A DNA stretch of 64,000 bases from Bilabrum cf. latius (taxonomy: Eukaryota): positions 496,001 to 560,000 of the forward strand of contig OZ237740.1 in NCBI GenBank assembly GCA_965178125.1. Direction: 5' to 3'. Position numbers and translations under genes: made by a program. The notes below the pieces were generated by a model. It had not been told where the DNA came from, ran no database searches, and was given only the letters and a program-made list of their open reading frames with translations. Position 1 is the stretch's first letter; each line of letters opens with the position of its first letter. Of the stretch, positions 60,939-64,000 are shown piece by piece.

Positions 60939-63900
60939 ATGACCCCCAAAGAGCAGTACCACGCCGTGCAGCGATTCGCGGACGAGGCCATCACTCACGC
61001 AGCCACTGCTCAAGAACTGCGACGCCTAGAGCGAATTTCAATAGAAGCCTTCGGAGAGTACAGCGAAGAGCACCTTTCCGTGATAACAAAGCGGATCTCG
61101 GCTGAAAACACTCGTGCAGACGAGGACAATGCGGTTGTTAGTGCCCATGCAGCATGCGGTCTTGCCATCGAGCTCGCCGCTGGCACGGCTCAGCATGCGG
61201 GTGATGACAGTGAGGAACACGCTGATGCTCTCACGGTGGTATCGGACCAGCATCTTGCTCTGGGTCTGCATCGTGAAGCATCTGCCGCCTTGGAGGCTCG
61301 TGCTGCTATCGTTGCCAAACGCTTTGGCGCTGGCTCGGCAGAGGCCTTCGAGGCGGCTTCGCGGTTGGCTGAGGTGCATCTAATGATGGATGATTGCGAT
61401 AAAGCAATCGAGATTCTTGCTGCTCCTGCACATGCCGTGGCTGCTTCATCCGGAGAAGGTAGTGCCGAGCACTTTCGTGCGACGATGTACTGGCGAGAGG
61501 CCTTGACACGAGTCGGCCTTCACGACGAGGCTATCGCCCTCGCCAGAGGGATAGTGGATCGGGAATCAGCAGGCAGCGCGGCCACTGAAGGCCAATCCAA
61601 AGGGGTGATTGGGGATGCTCGTCGCAGGAGGGCGGCCTTGCAGCAGCTTGCAGGCGCGCTAGAGGAGGCAAGCGGTGCGATGGAGGAAGAAGACGAAGAT
61701 GACGAAGATGACGAGGATTCTGACTGGGTCGATAGGCCAGATGGCACTGACGAGGACGACGACAGCGACGACGAGGAATGGAAGGAGGGCGCGGATCAGA
61801 ATGATGATGACGAGGATGGCTCCACTCACGGCTGCAGCGCCGACTCAGGAGGGGGAGGGGGGGAGGAGTCGCCAGTGGACAGCAGCGGTGATACAGGACA
61901 TGGTGCTGTAGACATGGGGGGTGCAGCGACCGATGCTGATCATGCAGGCTCCGTAGTCGCGGCCGGTCCTGCTATAGGCGCTGCTTCGGGAGCCGGTGCT
62001 GATCCGGATCCTGCAAGGGATGCGCAGCCCTCTGCGGTTCCAAAGTCCGGTAGTAGCGTGGCGTCGTTAGGCAACGTCGATAGTGACGATGATGGTGGCA
62101 GTATACTTGAATCCCTACACGATACAAGAATGGATGAGCCAGTCCGCCAGGCGATGCTGGCCGAAGCCCTGGTTATCAGGGCTGGGATAGTGGAGGAAAT
62201 TGAGGGGCTGCTGGTCGAGAAAGCAGCTCCTGGGATAGTGGAGGAAATTGAGGGGCTGCTGGTCGAGAAAGCAGCTTCTGCTCCTTCTACCACTGCTCCT
62301 ATCTCAGATGTATCGGCTGCCAGTAGTAGCAGTGGGACAGAGGCTGCAACTGACAAGCCCTCACTGGCCGAGGAACAGATCGAGGCACTGGGTGCCTTGG
62401 CATGCTGCATCGAAGCGGCCCAAGATCCTGCAATGGCTCTTCCTATCCACGAGAAGCGAGTTGGTCTAGCTCTTGGATCTCTTGGCTTGGACTCAGAAGA
62501 GTTTGAAGAAGCTCTCGAGGGGCATGGCAACTGCCTGGTCCTCGCCGGCAGGCCCGACGACGCTGTGGCCGTACACTTGAGGCACATGGACGCGATCGCT
62601 GATTGCAAGGGCCCGAAGAGCGACGAGCTGCTTGCCGCCCTCACATGGCTGGCCGACTATGCGTCGAAGCTCGAAGACATCTCACCAGAGACGGTGAAAT
62701 CCTTGACGATTCGGCTGCTGAAGCTGTCAGCGACCGTAAAAGGGGTGGCATCAGAGGAGCACGAGAGCGCCTTGCAAGCCCTCCTCAAACTCCTGGTATC
62801 AGCTGGAAACCATAGGAGTGCAACCACTCTCCAAGAGCAGCACCTTGCTGCAGTTGCAAAAGCAGAAGGTAAGGAGACCGACGCATACCGGACCGGAAGG
62901 CTCTAGCTCGCCCGATTCCTGCGGGCTGCTGGCAGGCCAGAGGAGGCCCAGACAATCGCAAGAGATGAAATCAAGCTAGTAGGCCGTACGTACGGCATCG
63001 GCAGCCAGATACACCTCGAAACTATCAAGATGGCTGCGAGCAAGTATAAACGGAAGAGCCGGTCTTTATGGGATAGATGGGAGCCCCCATTGGAACGGTT
63101 GTGCATATCGCTGCTTGATGAGGCCGTGGCGAATGCAACGGAACGGTGCGGCATGGACAGCGAGGAGGCACTGCAGTGCATTGTCAGACGCTCTGAGATT
63201 CTGGAGGATCTTGCTTTTGACGACAAGAAGCCGGAATGGTCAATGGCTGCGGTTCAAACGGCACTGAGGCTCCATGGGTCCTCGAGTTTCCAACACGCTC
63301 GGGCTCTGTGCGCTCACGTCCGCAGCCTGGTTGACAAGCATGACGCTGCATCAGCCATTTAGATTCTAGAGAACCATCTTGACATTTATAGAGACGGTGG
63401 GGCTGGTTGCGACCTACTAGTGCGTGAGGCGAGAGGAGCCCACTGGCAGACGTGTAAGAGGTGGCGGACTAGGTCACGGAGGGACGACGGCAGCGCCTAC
63501 CTTCCCTTGATTCAGCGGCTTGAATCAGTGATCCTCGGTGGAATAAAAGCCTTGCACGGCACGCAGGCTGGGGAGGATGCCGCCCTAAAGTACTGGGCAC
63601 TCTGGTGGGACTTCTGGTCTGAGCACCGCGGCATGTTTATGCCTGAGAAGCTCTTCTCCTGCTTTGCGGCAGCGGTTGCCTCCTACAGCGGAGAGGACTC
63701 CGGCTCGTTCCTGATGCTCCTGTAGGGCCAGGCCAAGAAGTGTCTAGAGGTTGCAACAACCGTGCACCACCCCGAGCCGTGGCGCCTTTCGGATAGATGG
63801 GCAGACGGATCTCTAGACTTGTCTCGGGACACCCCGGAAGGCATCGCATGCAGGGCTTGGCTTGATGCGGTCAGGGCGGCACTGCCCATAGAGGAGGTGA

Positions 63901-64000
63901 TTGACTGCCTGATGCGTCTTGTCGAACGAGAGCGGCACCGTCTCCCCGAGAAAGATGCTACTTAGCTACTTGGCAACATCCTGAAGCTGCCCCATGCGAG
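60939..64000 (+). CDS. TPR-like alpha-solenoid protein with an acidic insert (>1000 aa, runs off the window)
   Basis: ORFs at 60939, 63030, 63420 and 63762 are in one frame joined by TAGs ending at 62906, 63362, 63725 and 63965. Kinesin-light-chain-like helical repeats (e.g. GAGSAEAFEAASRLAEVHL). A 48-bp in-frame duplication lies at 62182-62277. Confidence 0.72.

Noticed and set aside
1-64000. TAG as pyrrolysine, Leu or programmed readthrough
   Set aside because: TAG is too frequent and context-independent for readthrough, no pyl genes are seen, and paralog exchanges and motif position favour Gln.

Overview
This is GC-rich nuclear DNA from a eukaryote, most likely a flagellated protist (GT-AG introns, a CEP76/CC2D2A-like ciliary gene; the taxon cannot be assigned from this window). 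The key to reading it is a non-standard genetic code. Consecutive ORFs in the track are in frame and separated only by TAG, paralogous copies swap TAG and CAG, every gene end I could define is TGA, and I found no in-frame TAA. This points to UAG=Gln with UAA apparently not reassigned. Read this way, the window holds three partial or complete tandem copies of a ~23 kb unit: beta-propeller gene (+), 71/73-bp array, secreted MACPF gene A (-), secreted MACPF gene B (+), 67-bp array, large gene X (-), CEP76/CC2D2A-like gene Y (+). The two MACPF genes are head-to-head. Copy 1 (1-10924) and copy 2 (~21960-35437) break at mobile-element sequence, and copy 3 (~37320-60584) is intact and followed by a TPR-like gene. 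Between copies 1 and 2 lies a retroelement nest. It contains a decayed RLE non-LTR element interrupted by a non-autonomous Ngaro-like tyrosine-recombinase element that carries a 2.9-kb satellite, plus a 5'-truncated CRE-like RLE element that also uses TAG as a sense codon. All coordinates and motif calls were made by eye; no database searches were run.
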